A stretch of 64,000 nt of DNA from Candidatus Poribacteria bacterium (GCA_022821725.1 JAJEDB010000018.1:30467-94466); one strand, 5' to 3'; positions 15,597 to 25,779 are shown, counted from the first letter of the stretch. Numbers and translations are program-made. The notes: generated by a model from the sequence alone, not told the origin.

Positions 15597-18500
15597 TTGA
15601 GAGTTCAAACGCCTTTCATTACACCGCAAGGTATCATTAAAAATTTCAAATATTTTTGGCGGATACATTTCATCGTCGCACTCTGCACGGCTGTGGCGAC
15701 CGGTGTCCTTGCAGGCGCATTGATCGTCGGGGATTCTGTCAAAGGAAGTCTGCGTGGCTTAACAAAGGAACGACTCGGCGCAATCCAACACGCCCTGCTT
15801 GCGGACCGTTTTTTCCCACCAGATGTCCTAAACCGACAGAACACAGTCTCAGCAATCCTGCTGAACGGGACAATCGTCGCGCCGCAAACGCAGACGCGAG
15901 CCTCGACGGTGAACATCCTCGGTGTCCCTGAAAGTTTCTTCGCCTTTTGGGAAGGCAGTGCGACCCCACGCCTGAACAAAACCTCGACGGAAACCTTCAA
16001 TCCCATTGTCATCAACGCCGCACTCCAGCGCGAGCTGAACGTCAACGTAGGCGATACACTCCTCGTAAATGTCCCGCAAGCCCCTGACATCCATCCAGAA
16101 TTCCTTCTCGGTGAACGCGATACCTCCGAGGCTATCCAAAGCCTACGCTTGATTGTCAGTGAGATTGTGCCGACTGAGAACGCTGGAAGATTTAGCCTTC
16201 GCGCCCATCAAAGTCTTCCGTTGAATGCTTTCATTTCGCTCCCGATTTTACAAAGGGTGCTTGGGCAAGAGGAGCGGATAAACGCCCTATTTACAGCGGA
16301 AACAATTCCGATTTCGCCTGACGATCTCGCACTGCACATGGGTGCCCTCGACTTGGAGGTCCAAGAACACGGCACGCACTTTGATCTCCAAAGTCAGCAG
16401 TATCTCCTGAAACCGATCTTTTCTGACCTCGCACGCACCATCGCTGCTGAAAACGGCATCCCAACGCTCCCGACACTCACCTATCTCGCAAATACGATTT
16501 CCGCGAAAGATAAAACCGTTCCCTATTCAACTATCGTCGCACTTCCGACAGGTGAAGGCGAGTTTTCTCATCTTCTTAACAAACACACTGTCGCATCGGA
16601 ACCGGGGATTATCTTTAATACATGGGCAGCGACCGACCTTGGCGTGGAAGTCGGGGACCAAATCAGCATAACATACTATCGCGTTGGAGCAGGAGAAGAA
16701 TACATCACAGAAACGGCATCTTTCCTGTTGCGTGGAATTGTGCCAATTGAAGGTATCACCGCCGATAGAGACCTCATCCCGACTTTTCCCGGTATTCATG
16801 AGACCGCTGATATGTCCGAGTGGGAATCCCCATTCCCGATCGATTATGCCTTGATTCGCAATAAAGACGAGGTGTATTGGGATGAATACGGCGCAACACC
16901 GAAAGCGTTTATTCCGCTCGAAACCGGGCAGCAACTTTGGAAAAACCGATTCGGCGACCTCACCGCGATTCGGTTCGGTGTCGCACCAAACGCAACTCTT
17001 CAGGCAACACGCACGCTTTTTGAAACCGAATTCCTCAAAAAGATTCAACCCGAACAGGCCGGATTCCGATTCTTGGCGCTTCAATCTGATGGACTGCAAG
17101 CCGCCACCGGGGCCACAGATTTCGGGATGCTCTTTAGCAGCCTGAGCGCCTTTATCATAATTGCTGTCGCCTTGTTGGTGGGGATGCTTTTCCGTATCGG
17201 CGTAGAGCAAAGGTCGCGTGAAATTGGGATTTTACAAGCCATCGGTTATCCGCTCACTCAGATTCGCCGTCAGTTCCTTTACGAGGGAGTCATCATCGCC
17301 GGTATCGGGAGTCTATGCGGGTGTCTGCTCGCGATCGGGTATGCACAATTGATGATATACGGGTTACAAACGTGGTGGCTACCTGCCATCGGGACCCCGT
17401 TTATGGAACTTCACGTCAGTATATGGAGCCTGCTCATTGGCGCCGTTATCTCACTATCTGTTGTGATGCTCTCCATCCGCTTGACTGTTCATAAATTGGG
17501 AAGGGCTTCTACCGTTTCGCTCCTCGCCGGTAAAACCGATTTTGTTGATGCGACGCCAACGGACGGCTACAGAACAAAAAAAATGAGATACCTTCGCTGG
17601 TTGGCCGCTGTGATTGGACTCGGCGTAGCTATATGGATAGAGCAACCAGTGGTGAGTCTCCTGTTTGTCGCACTCCTCATTATCGGTATTGGGTCAGAGG
17701 CATTCGATAAATGGTTGAAATCTCAGAATATACCGAAACAGTTGAACAGGACCCGATTTGCTATAAGAAACGCAGCACGCCAACCCGGGCGGAGCAAGAC
17801 CTGTGTTACCACCATCAGTATCGCCTGCTGTATCATCGTCGCCGTGGGTGCGAATCGGCACGATGCCCCACCAGAGACAGAATACGCCTTTGTCGCTGCG
17901 TCCGCCCTTCCTTTACACCATAACCTAAATACCCCGGACGGTAGGTTTGAACTCGGTTTTTCCGAGAAAGCCTCTGCGTTACTCAGCGCGTCGGAGGTGA
18001 TTCCGTTTCGTGTCCTGCCGGGTGAAGATGTCAGTTGCCTGAATCTTTATCAGCCCCAGAAACCGCAAATTCTGGGTGCCTCTGATGCCATGATAGGCAA
18101 AGACCCTTGGGTCGGTTTGTATCTGATGTCTACTGAAAACGGCAAAATTCCTGCGATCGGGGATGAAAAGTCGCTCCGTTGGATCTTGCATCACAACCCG
18201 GACGACGATTTTATCGTCCAAGATGAATTTGGCACACCCCTCCATCTCGAACTTCAGACGGTTGTAAACAGTCTCTTCCAAAGCCAGTTGATTATTTCTG
18301 AATCCAATTTCACGAAGTATTTCCCCAGCCAAAGCGGATACCAATTTTTTCTCATCAAAACACCGCCTGCTTTGCGGGAGGAGACCGCGCAAGTCTTAGA
18401 GAAAACGTTAGGCGACTACGGTTTTGATCTTGCGTCTGCCGCAGCGCGTTTGGCGAGTTATCGAGCGGTTGAAAATACCTATATCTCCACTTTTCAAAGC

Positions 18501-18857
18501 CTCGGCGGTTTAGGCGTGCTGCTCGGCACCTTCGGGCTGGCACTGGTGCTGTTTAGAAATATCATCGAACGTCGTGGCGAATTGGCGGCCCTACGTGCCT
18601 TCGGTTTCGGACGGCGGTTACTCTCGCGGATGCTTTTCCTTGAAAGTAGTTTCCTGCTCGTGAGTGGGATGCTTATCGGGATCGTCGCTGGACTCGCCTC
18701 GATTTTCGCTTCACAGGGACATCTCCCCCCCTTTCCGTGGTTTTCCCTCACAATTACCTTGCTTTTCATCTTCGGTTTTGGTATAATTGCAAATGCCGTT
18801 GCGGTTGCTGTGGCACTTCGAAGCCCGCTCTTGGCAACGCTCAAATCCGATCTTTAA
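15597..18857 (+). CDS. Large FtsX/MacB-type ABC transporter permease (two FtsX domains)
   Basis: 1086 aa with two TM clusters, each followed by an FtsX-like segment (REIGILQAIGY.. and ELAALRAFGFG..). It lies directly downstream of the ATPase gene. Confidence 0.9.
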   Translation: MRVQTPFITPQGIIKNFKYFWRIHFIVALCTAVATGVLAGALIVGDSVKGSLRGLTKERLGAIQHALLADRFFPPDVLNRQNTVSAILLNGTIVAPQTQTRASTVNILGVPESFFAFWEGSATPRLNKTSTETFNPIVINAALQRELNVNVGDTLLVNVPQAPDIHPEFLLGERDTSEAIQSLRLIVSEIVPTENAGRFSLRAHQSLPLNAFISLPILQRVLGQEERINALFTAETIPISPDDLALHMGALDLEVQEHGTHFDLQSQQYLLKPIFSDLARTIAAENGIPTLPTLTYLANTISAKDKTVPYSTIVALPTGEGEFSHLLNKHTVASEPGIIFNTWAATDLGVEVGDQISITYYRVGAGEEYITETASFLLRGIVPIEGITADRDLIPTFPGIHETADMSEWESPFPIDYALIRNKDEVYWDEYGATPKAFIPLETGQQLWKNRFGDLTAIRFGVAPNATLQATRTLFETEFLKKIQPEQAGFRFLALQSDGLQAATGATDFGMLFSSLSAFIIIAVALLVGMLFRIGVEQRSREIGILQAIGYPLTQIRRQFLYEGVIIAGIGSLCGCLLAIGYAQLMIYGLQTWWLPAIGTPFMELHVSIWSLLIGAVISLSVVMLSIRLTVHKLGRASTVSLLAGKTDFVDATPTDGYRTKKMRYLRWLAAVIGLGVAIWIEQPVVSLLFVALLIIGIGSEAFDKWLKSQNIPKQLNRTRFAIRNAARQPGRSKTCVTTISIACCIIVAVGANRHDAPPETEYAFVAASALPLHHNLNTPDGRFELGFSEKASALLSASEVIPFRVLPGEDVSCLNLYQPQKPQILGASDAMIGKDPWVGLYLMSTENGKIPAIGDEKSLRWILHHNPDDDFIVQDEFGTPLHLELQTVVNSLFQSQLIISESNFTKYFPSQSGYQFFLIKTPPALREETAQVLEKTLGDYGFDLASAAARLASYRAVENTYISTFQSLGGLGVLLGTFGLALVLFRNIIERRGELAALRAFGFGRRLLSRMLFLESSFLLVSGMLIGIVAGLASIFASQGHLPPFPWFSLTITLLFIFGFGIIANAVAVAVALRSPLLATLKSDL

Positions 18858-18946
18858 TTTTACCTTGCGGAGAAATAACGGTGTTCGGGCTTTCAAGGTT
18901 TCTGTGTTGGAGCTGAAGAAACACCCAAGCAAAAACCCCTCCATTT
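18852..18946 (-). repeat. Leader-like repeat ending CCGCAAGGWAAAATTAAAG (copy L5, minus orientation)
   Basis: The reverse complement reads GGAGGGGTTTTTGCTTGGGTGTTTCTTCAG...CTCCGCAAGGTAAAATTAAAG. Its TTAAAG end overlaps the TAA stop of the FtsX permease gene. Confidence 0.75.
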
Positions 18947-18996
18947 CATTATGGGCTACATACTTTGGCTCATATTTTAAAAAAGGGAAACGCAAG

Positions 18997-19599
18997 ATGC
19001 ATCCTGTTCCATTCAAAACGAGGTCTCATATTATATGCGTAATTCTACTTGCCTTTTGCTTTCTGATACTGGTCGGTTGTTCCAGCGATCCCGATCCAAA
19101 TACGTCAACGGCGTTGAATCACATGGAGCGGGGATGGCGTTCCTATGAATCGGGGAACTATGCACAGGCACTGCTCAGTTTTGAGCGCGCAGTTAACTTC
19201 GATGAAAATCTGGCGGATGCGTATAACGGCGTAGGATGGAGTCATCTCAGTCTATCGCTGAATCCACCCTTGGCACAAGAAGCCTTCCAAAACGCCGTGC
19301 AACTCGATCCGTCAAATGCGGACGCATGGGTCGGACTTGCGAATCTGCTCTTTTTGCGCCACAAAGATACAAGCGATTTCCGATCTGCGATTCGAGCGAT
19401 TGATAACGCGCTACAGGGGGATGCCCAATACCTCTTCCGGCACGACTATCGTTCCAAAGCCGAACTCTATGTGCTTAAGGCGGCATGTTACTATTATCTC
19501 GGTGAAGATACGTCTGCAAAACAGGAAGTAGACAAGGCACTTCAAATTGAAACGACAAATCGGACAGCCATCGTGCTTCGCGAACTGTTGCAAAAATAA
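18997..19599 (+). CDS. TPR-repeat lipoprotein
   Basis: I start it at the internal ATG MHPVPFKTRSHIICVILLAFCFLILVGC (lipobox). TPR-like ..AL..FERAV..D..LADAYNGVGW.. follows. The longer ORF-track N-terminus is read through repeat L5. Confidence 0.75.
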   Translation: MHPVPFKTRSHIICVILLAFCFLILVGCSSDPDPNTSTALNHMERGWRSYESGNYAQALLSFERAVNFDENLADAYNGVGWSHLSLSLNPPLAQEAFQNAVQLDPSNADAWVGLANLLFLRHKDTSDFRSAIRAIDNALQGDAQYLFRHDYRSKAELYVLKAACYYYLGEDTSAKQEVDKALQIETTNRTAIVLRELLQK

Positions 19600-19742
19600 A
19601 GAGTTGTCAGTTAGGTAGTCATTTATAGTAAATCTTAGAATTAAGTGGTCTCCTATTTCTTAACAAATATCCGTTCGTAGTAGGGCAATTCATTGCCCGT
19701 CATATTAAAGAGTGCCCATTATTTTTCGACCTTACTATAAAA

Positions 19743-19890
19743 TAGGACTTACGCAGTTGTCCCGTTTTTATGCTGTTTTTGGTTCGTAGTAGCGCAATGG
19801 CGCAAGTCGCGTGTGGACTTGCGGGACAATGCGCATTCTTCGGGAATATTGCCTCACTTTTGGCATAGAAGCCAATTTTGCGTAAGTCCT
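19743..19890. mobile_element. MITE-like element with inverted termini TAGGACTTACGCA / TGCGTAAGTCCT
   Basis: The terminal inverted repeats read directly. The interior is nearly identical to the copy at 38941-39093. Confidence 0.8.
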
Positions 19891-19953
19891 GTAAAAGTAA
19901 GCCAGATCCTTCTTTAACTGATAACCGACAACCAATATAAGGAGAAACAAAAT

Positions 19954-20847
19954 ATGTCTCAGAACGTTATCACGTCTACAGACTTAACGAATTATACACC
20001 TGCCCACCGCGGAAAAGTCCGAGATCTCTATGACCTCGGGGACGAACTTCTCATCATTTCCACGGATCGGATTTCCGCCTTTGATGTTGTGCTGCCGAAC
20101 GGCATCCCGGATAAAGGGAAGGTCTTAACCGGTTTATCCAAATTCTGGTTCAAGTACACCGAATCCGTCGCCGACAACCATCTCATTTCAACGGATGTCG
20201 AAGAGTATCCCGATGCTTTACAACCTGACGCAGAACTTCTCGAAGGACGCTCTATGCTCGTCCATAAAGCCGATCGCGTTGATGTTGAGTGTGTCGTGCG
20301 CGGATATCTCGCAGGTTCCGGTTGGTCCTCCTATCAGAAGACCGGAGAAATCTGTGGTCAGAAACTACCCGACGGACTCCAAGAATCTGATCGGCTCCCA
20401 GAACTGCTGTTCACGCCGACAACCAAAGCCGAGCAGGGGGAGCATGACGAACCGATCTCCATTGAGGAGATGCGTAACGAGGTCGGTAGTGAACTGACAG
20501 ATCAGTTGATTGAAACGAGTTTCGCGCTTTTCAGAGCCGCCAGTGAACACGCCGAAAGTGCTGGGATTATTCTCTGCGATACGAAGTTTGAATTCGGGCA
20601 ACGCGACGGAAAACTCATCGTCATTGATGAGGTCTTCACGCCGGACTCCTCTCGGTTCTGGCCTGCGGATCTCTATGAACCCGGTCAACCGCAGCAGAGT
20701 TTTGATAAGCAGTTCGTGAGGGATTACCTTTCGGAAATCGGTTGGAGTAAACAACCGCCTGCGCCTGAGTTACCGTCGGAGGTTATCTCTAAAACAAGCG
20801 AGAAATATCGAGAGGCATATCGCCTCATCGTTGGCGAGGAATTGTAA
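19954..20847 (+). CDS. purC: Phosphoribosylaminoimidazole-succinocarboxamide (SAICAR) synthase
   Basis: HRGKVRDLYDLGDELLIISTDRISAFD, GIILCDTKFEFG and TPDSSRFW. Confidence 0.95.
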   Translation: MSQNVITSTDLTNYTPAHRGKVRDLYDLGDELLIISTDRISAFDVVLPNGIPDKGKVLTGLSKFWFKYTESVADNHLISTDVEEYPDALQPDAELLEGRSMLVHKADRVDVECVVRGYLAGSGWSSYQKTGEICGQKLPDGLQESDRLPELLFTPTTKAEQGEHDEPISIEEMRNEVGSELTDQLIETSFALFRAASEHAESAGIILCDTKFEFGQRDGKLIVIDEVFTPDSSRFWPADLYEPGQPQQSFDKQFVRDYLSEIGWSKQPPAPELPSEVISKTSEKYREAYRLIVGEEL

Positions 20848-20867
20848 GCACATAGGAGAGATAATCG

Positions 20868-22055
20868 ATGGCAGGTCCCCTTGATGGCATGAAGGTTTTG
20901 GATTTAACCCGAGTTCTCGCTGGTCCCTATGCAACGATGCTCCTTGGCGACCTCGGTGCAGAGGTCATCAAGATTGAGCAGCCCGGCACGGGAGACGAAT
21001 CCCGAAATTTCGGTCCCTTCAAAAACGGCTTCAGCCTCTATTTCATGAGCGTAAATCGTGGAAAGCAGAGCGTGACCCTCAACCTTAAAACCGAGCGTGG
21101 ACAGGCAATATTCAAGCAGCTATTGAAGCAGACCGATATCCTCGTTGAGAACTTCCGTCCGGGAACGATGCAAAAATTGGGATTGGACTACGACACATTG
21201 AAGGGTGAGCAGCCATCGCTTATCTATGCCGCGTGCTCCGGTTTCGGGCAGACGGGCCCCTACGCACAGCAGGGCGCTTATGACATGATTATCCAAGGCA
21301 TGGGGGGGATCATCAGCATTACAGGTGAACCCGATGGACCCCCTGTGCGTGTCGGCACTTCTATTAGCGACATCACCGCTGCCCTTTTCACGACAATCGG
21401 AGTCCTCTCCGCAGTGCACCACCGCAATCGAACAGGGAGTGGACAGTTTGTCGATGTCGCCATGTTAGATAGCCTCGTTGCCGTTTTAGAAAACGCTGTT
21501 GTCCGTTATTTTGCTACGGGTGAAGCCCCGAAACCCCTTGGCGCGAGACACCCGGCGATTACACCCTTTGAAGCGTTTGCCTCTGCGGACGGACACGTCA
21601 TTATCGCACTCGGAAACGATACCCTCTGGGCAAAGTTCTGTGAACACGTCGATCGTCATGCGCTCATTTCAGATGAACGGTTCCGAACGAATGCGGACCG
21701 AACCGAGAACCACAGTGAATTGTTTCCCATTCTCTCAGAGATTATGTCTCAGCGTCCGACGGATGACTGGATTGACGCGCTTGGTGCGATTGGTGTCCCG
21801 TGTGGTCCCATCAATGCAATGGACAAAGTCGTCAGTCATCCACAGGTGCAGGCGCGAGAAATGATTACGCGCGTTGCACACGACATCACGGGTGAAGTGG
21901 AGGTCCCAGGCGTGCCGATTAAACTTTCGGAAACACCCGGGAACGTGGACGCGCCTGCACCGAGTCTCGGGGAACACACCACCAAAATCCTGACAGACCT
22001 GTTGAAAATGTCCGCAGATGAAGTAGATCAGTTAAGACGAGACGGCGTTATTTAA
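20868..22055 (+). CDS. CaiB/BaiF family III CoA-transferase
   Basis: LDGMKVLDLTRVLAGPYATMLLGDLGAEVIKIE, ENFRPGTM and GAYDMIIQGMGG. Confidence 0.9.
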   Translation: MAGPLDGMKVLDLTRVLAGPYATMLLGDLGAEVIKIEQPGTGDESRNFGPFKNGFSLYFMSVNRGKQSVTLNLKTERGQAIFKQLLKQTDILVENFRPGTMQKLGLDYDTLKGEQPSLIYAACSGFGQTGPYAQQGAYDMIIQGMGGIISITGEPDGPPVRVGTSISDITAALFTTIGVLSAVHHRNRTGSGQFVDVAMLDSLVAVLENAVVRYFATGEAPKPLGARHPAITPFEAFASADGHVIIALGNDTLWAKFCEHVDRHALISDERFRTNADRTENHSELFPILSEIMSQRPTDDWIDALGAIGVPCGPINAMDKVVSHPQVQAREMITRVAHDITGEVEVPGVPIKLSETPGNVDAPAPSLGEHTTKILTDLLKMSADEVDQLRRDGVI

Positions 22056-22144
22056 TTGAGGGTGGTTCATTATTTACGACATCTTTGTACCGCAAACTGT
22101 ATGAAGTTTCAGAAAATAATGCGGTAATTCTATGTTCCCCCAGG

Positions 22145-22176
22145 CCCGGTAGGTGCGGTTTCCTAACCGCACCGGG
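22145..22176. repeat. REP-like palindrome GGTGCGGTT-loop-AACCGCACC
   Basis: CCCGGTAGGTGCGGTTTCCTAACCGCACCGGG. One of seven copies in the window. Confidence 0.85.
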
Positions 22177-22249
22177 CATTGCTGTGGAATTGCCGAATTA
22201 AATTCTTAATCTTCATTTATGGTAAATCCTAAAAATATATGGACAGTTT

Positions 22250-22344
22250 CGTAGGGGTGTTTTTGCTTGGGTGTTTCCCCTAAGTATACGTAAAGGCACG
22301 AGAAGGTCCTAACCGTCCTGATCGAACCGCAAGGAATAATTAAA
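22250..22344 (+). repeat. Leader-like repeat ending CCGCAAGGAATAATTAAA (copy L1) abutting a start codon
   Basis: CGTAGGGGTGTTTTTGCTTGGGTGTTTC...GAACCGCAAGGAATAATTAAA is followed directly by ATG 22345. Confidence 0.75.
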
Positions 22345-24582
22345 ATGTTACGTGGAACGGAACCTTTAACGTTAGACGGCGATCTTGCCGCACAGATGGT
22401 CGAGGCACTTGATGGCTATGTCTCCCGCGCGCTGGCGGATTCTATCGAGACGCGGGCGGGTTTGTGGAATCGCGATTATAGTTCACACACTGCGTATACC
22501 GGGTCCGTTGAACCCAACCGGGCGCGGCTCCGAAAACGGATCGGCTGTCTCGATTCACGGCTCCCCATTGAAGATCTCATTTATAGTGCCACGACCAAAA
22601 CCGAAGCGCAACTCACGGATGATGACAATTACACTGTTTCGCGCGTGCGATGGCAGGTTTTTGATGAGGTAGAGGGTGAAGGACTTTTGTTGGAACCGAA
22701 ACATAACGTCCCAATGACTGCACAGATTGTTGCACTGCCCGATGCCGATTGGACACCCGAAATGATAGCAGGAGTAACGGATGAATTGCCAGCAAATGCC
22801 CAATTTGCAAGACGTTTGGCGAAAGCAGGATGTCGTGTCGTTGTCCCACTTCTCATCAACCGGGACGATACCTATTCAGGAAACCCAGCCCTCGGTGCGA
22901 TGACGAATCAACCGCACCGCGAATTCATCTATCGGATGGCATTTGAACTCGGACGCCATATCATCGGGTATGAAGTGCAGAAGGTCTTGTCATTAGTGGA
23001 CTGGATGTCTCTTTCCGATGCCCCGATCGGTGTGATGGGTTACGGTGAAGGCGGATTGATTGCGCTCCACAGTGCTGCAGTCGATACACGGATTCAGGCA
23101 GCAGCCGTGAGTGGATATTTCCAATCTCGGCAGGAGGTCTGGCGGGAACCCATCTATCGGAATGTTTGGGGATTGCTACACGAATTTGGCGATGCTGAAA
23201 TTGCGAGCCTTATTGCGCCGCGTCCGTTGGTTATCGAAACAAGCCGAGGCCCTGAAATCGCCGGTCCACCACAAGGGCGTGAGGGACGTGGCGGTGCTGC
23301 GCCCGGTCAATTGGTGTCACCACCGATCCATGCAGTAGCGTCGGAGTTTGAACGGGCTCACGATTTTTATCAGCAGCTTGACAGCGACGATGCCTTGCGC
23401 CTCGTTTCTCCTATAGATCAATTGCCGGGTTCTGAAGAGACGCTAACTGCTTTGCTTACAGGACTCGGTGTTGAAAACGTAGATATTGACAACCACTCCC
23501 TTCTCTCCTCGGATACAGTTGACAATTTTGATGACGAAGCACGACAGCAGCGTCAGTTTATGCAGCTGGTAAATCTATCGCAACGCTTTTTGAGAGAAGC
23601 GGCAACACGACGGCAGCAGTTCTTCTGGGAGAAAACGGATACTTCGTCGCTGACACGGTGGGAGGAAACATGTGCCGACCCCAAAGCCTATTTCTGGGAA
23701 GAGGTTATCGGTAAGTGTCCACCCCCCGACGCGCCGACCCATCCAAGGACGCGGCTCCTCTACGATGAACCGCTCTGGAAAGGCTACGAAGTCGTCCTTG
23801 ATGTGTGGCAGGACGTTTTCGCTTACGGTATCCTGCTCCTTCCGAACGATCTCCAGCCCGGTGAACAGCGTCCCGTTGTCGTCTGTCAGCACGGCTTAGA
23901 GGGACGCCCTCAGGATACCGCTGATCCGAGAATAGAATCCGTTTATCATTCCTACGCCGCCCAGTTAGCAGATAGGGGGTTCGTCGTCTACGCACCACAA
24001 AATCCGTATATCGGTCAAGACGCTTTCCGTGTCATTCAACGCAAAGCGAATCCGCTAAAATGGTCGCTCTTTTCGTTGATCGTCCGCCAACATGAGCGAA
24101 CGCTTGAGTGGCTCGCCGAGCAACCCTTCGTTGATGCGGATCGGATCGGTTTTTACGGATTATCCTACGGCGGTAAAACCGCGATGCGTGTCCCCGCGTT
24201 ATTGGAACGCTACGCCTGCTCCATCTGTTCCGCGGATTTCAATGAGTGGATCGTCAAAAATGCGACCTATCATTCCCGATATAGTTATATGTTTGGGGGT
24301 GAGTATGAGATGCCAGAATTCGATTTAGGGAATACCTTTAACTACGGTGAGATGGCGGGATTGATTGCGCCGCGCCCGTTCATGGTGGAGCGTGGACATG
24401 ATGACGGTGTTGCACCGGATGAATGGGTCGCACACGAATTCGCTGTCGTCCGTCGGCTCTACGTTCAATTGGGGATCGCTGATAGAACGGAGATCGAATT
24501 CTTTGATGGGGGGCATCAGATTAACTCCGATAAGACGTTCCGGTTCCTGCACCGCCACCTGAATTGGCCCGAACCCCAGTAG
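22345..24582 (+). CDS. Two-domain alpha/beta-hydrolase-fold protein (dienelactone hydrolase/peptidase S9-like)
   Basis: 745 aa. The C-terminal half has GFYGLSYGGKTA (GxSxG) and ..ERGHDDGV..GGHQ. The N-terminal half has GVMGYGEGGLIA with no Ser nucleophile. Specific function unknown. Confidence 0.65.
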   Translation: MLRGTEPLTLDGDLAAQMVEALDGYVSRALADSIETRAGLWNRDYSSHTAYTGSVEPNRARLRKRIGCLDSRLPIEDLIYSATTKTEAQLTDDDNYTVSRVRWQVFDEVEGEGLLLEPKHNVPMTAQIVALPDADWTPEMIAGVTDELPANAQFARRLAKAGCRVVVPLLINRDDTYSGNPALGAMTNQPHREFIYRMAFELGRHIIGYEVQKVLSLVDWMSLSDAPIGVMGYGEGGLIALHSAAVDTRIQAAAVSGYFQSRQEVWREPIYRNVWGLLHEFGDAEIASLIAPRPLVIETSRGPEIAGPPQGREGRGGAAPGQLVSPPIHAVASEFERAHDFYQQLDSDDALRLVSPIDQLPGSEETLTALLTGLGVENVDIDNHSLLSSDTVDNFDDEARQQRQFMQLVNLSQRFLREAATRRQQFFWEKTDTSSLTRWEETCADPKAYFWEEVIGKCPPPDAPTHPRTRLLYDEPLWKGYEVVLDVWQDVFAYGILLLPNDLQPGEQRPVVVCQHGLEGRPQDTADPRIESVYHSYAAQLADRGFVVYAPQNPYIGQDAFRVIQRKANPLKWSLFSLIVRQHERTLEWLAEQPFVDADRIGFYGLSYGGKTAMRVPALLERYACSICSADFNEWIVKNATYHSRYSYMFGGEYEMPEFDLGNTFNYGEMAGLIAPRPFMVERGHDDGVAPDEWVAHEFAVVRRLYVQLGIADRTEIEFFDGGHQINSDKTFRFLHRHLNWPEPQ

Positions 24583-24605
24583 TGGATACAAGGTAAAATT
24601 AAAAA

Positions 24606-25667
24606 ATGTTATATGCAATCACCGTAAGTGCAGGACTCGAAACCATCGCACGCCAAGAGTTATCCGAACGCTTGGGTTCCGACACAGGACATCTGAAAAT
24701 CCTTGGACGGAAACCCCAGCGGATCCTCTTTGAATATACGGGTAACCCGCGTGAACTCCTATCGCTGCGAACAGCCGAACATCTCTTTCTCATCTTAAAG
24801 CAGATACCGAAGATGACCCGTTCACGTAGTTCCTTAACCGCATTTAGCGGTGCCCTCTCACGCTTCAATTTCAAAGAGGCGTTTGCGTGTTGTCGGCAGA
24901 TGGGTATCAACACATGGAAACGGATGCCGTTTCGAGTGACAAGCCGGCTTTCAGGAAAACGCAACTTCCGACGGGTGGATCTCCAGCGCGTGGTCGAACG
25001 GGCGTTAATAGAACGCGGATGGTATTCCGGATCATCAAAATCGGCTTTAGATATTTGGGCAGAGGTCCATGGAGACGACGGCTACATCAGCATCAAACTC
25101 TCCTCAAACGATATGGCACAACGTCCGTATAAGCAGGCACATATCCCCGCGTCCCTCAAACCGACACTCGCATACAGTATGGTGCGCCTCTCACGCCCGC
25201 ATCCAGAGGATATTTTTTTGGACGCCATGTGTGGGGCTGGGACGATCCTCTTAGAACGTGCGTTTATCAAGCGGTATCGCTATCTGATTGGCGGAGATGT
25301 TTCCACAGAGGCTTTAGACGCGACCGTAACGAATTTCGGACGTCAACATCAGCCGCGTCAATTCTTTCACTGGGATGCCCAAAATTTGCCGTTAGGATCG
25401 AACACTGTTGATAAAATCGTCTGTAATCTCCCGTTCGGTGAGACGATCGGAGATGTGTCGGAGCTGACGCGTCTATATCGTCAGTGTCTTACGGAATACG
25501 AGCGCGTCCTGAGACCGAGGGGACGGATGGTCCTACTCACTTCGCAAAACACACTGCTTGACGATACGTTGAAACAACGGCGTTCCCTCAGGGTTACCCA
25601 GAAATTGACAGTCGATGTGAGAGGGATGCGGGCATGGATGTCCGTCGTGTGCCCAAAAACAAGGTAG
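24606..25667 (+). CDS. THUMP-domain class I SAM-dependent RNA methyltransferase
   Basis: N-terminal ferredoxin/THUMP-like region, then LDAMCGAGTILLE (SAM motif I) and IVCNLPFG (motif IV). Confidence 0.85.
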   Translation: MLYAITVSAGLETIARQELSERLGSDTGHLKILGRKPQRILFEYTGNPRELLSLRTAEHLFLILKQIPKMTRSRSSLTAFSGALSRFNFKEAFACCRQMGINTWKRMPFRVTSRLSGKRNFRRVDLQRVVERALIERGWYSGSSKSALDIWAEVHGDDGYISIKLSSNDMAQRPYKQAHIPASLKPTLAYSMVRLSRPHPEDIFLDAMCGAGTILLERAFIKRYRYLIGGDVSTEALDATVTNFGRQHQPRQFFHWDAQNLPLGSNTVDKIVCNLPFGETIGDVSELTRLYRQCLTEYERVLRPRGRMVLLTSQNTLLDDTLKQRRSLRVTQKLTVDVRGMRAWMSVVCPKTR

Positions 25668-25680
25668 GTGTCCTTTAAAG

Positions 25681-25710
25681 TCCGGTAGGTGCGGTTTCCT
25701 AACCGCACCG
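25681..25710. repeat. REP-like palindrome GGTGCGGTT-loop-AACCGCACC
   Basis: TCCGGTAGGTGCGGTTTCCTAACCGCACCG. Confidence 0.85.
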
Positions 25711-25735
25711 AAAACAAAGTAGATGCCCCTTTAGG

Positions 25736-25764
25736 TCCGGTAGGTGCGGTTCACCAACCGCACC
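25736..25764. repeat. REP-like palindrome (variant loop)
   Basis: TCCGGTAGGTGCGGTTCACCAACCGCACC, 26 nt after the previous copy. Confidence 0.8.
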
Positions 25765-25779
25765 AATCCAGAACAAAAC

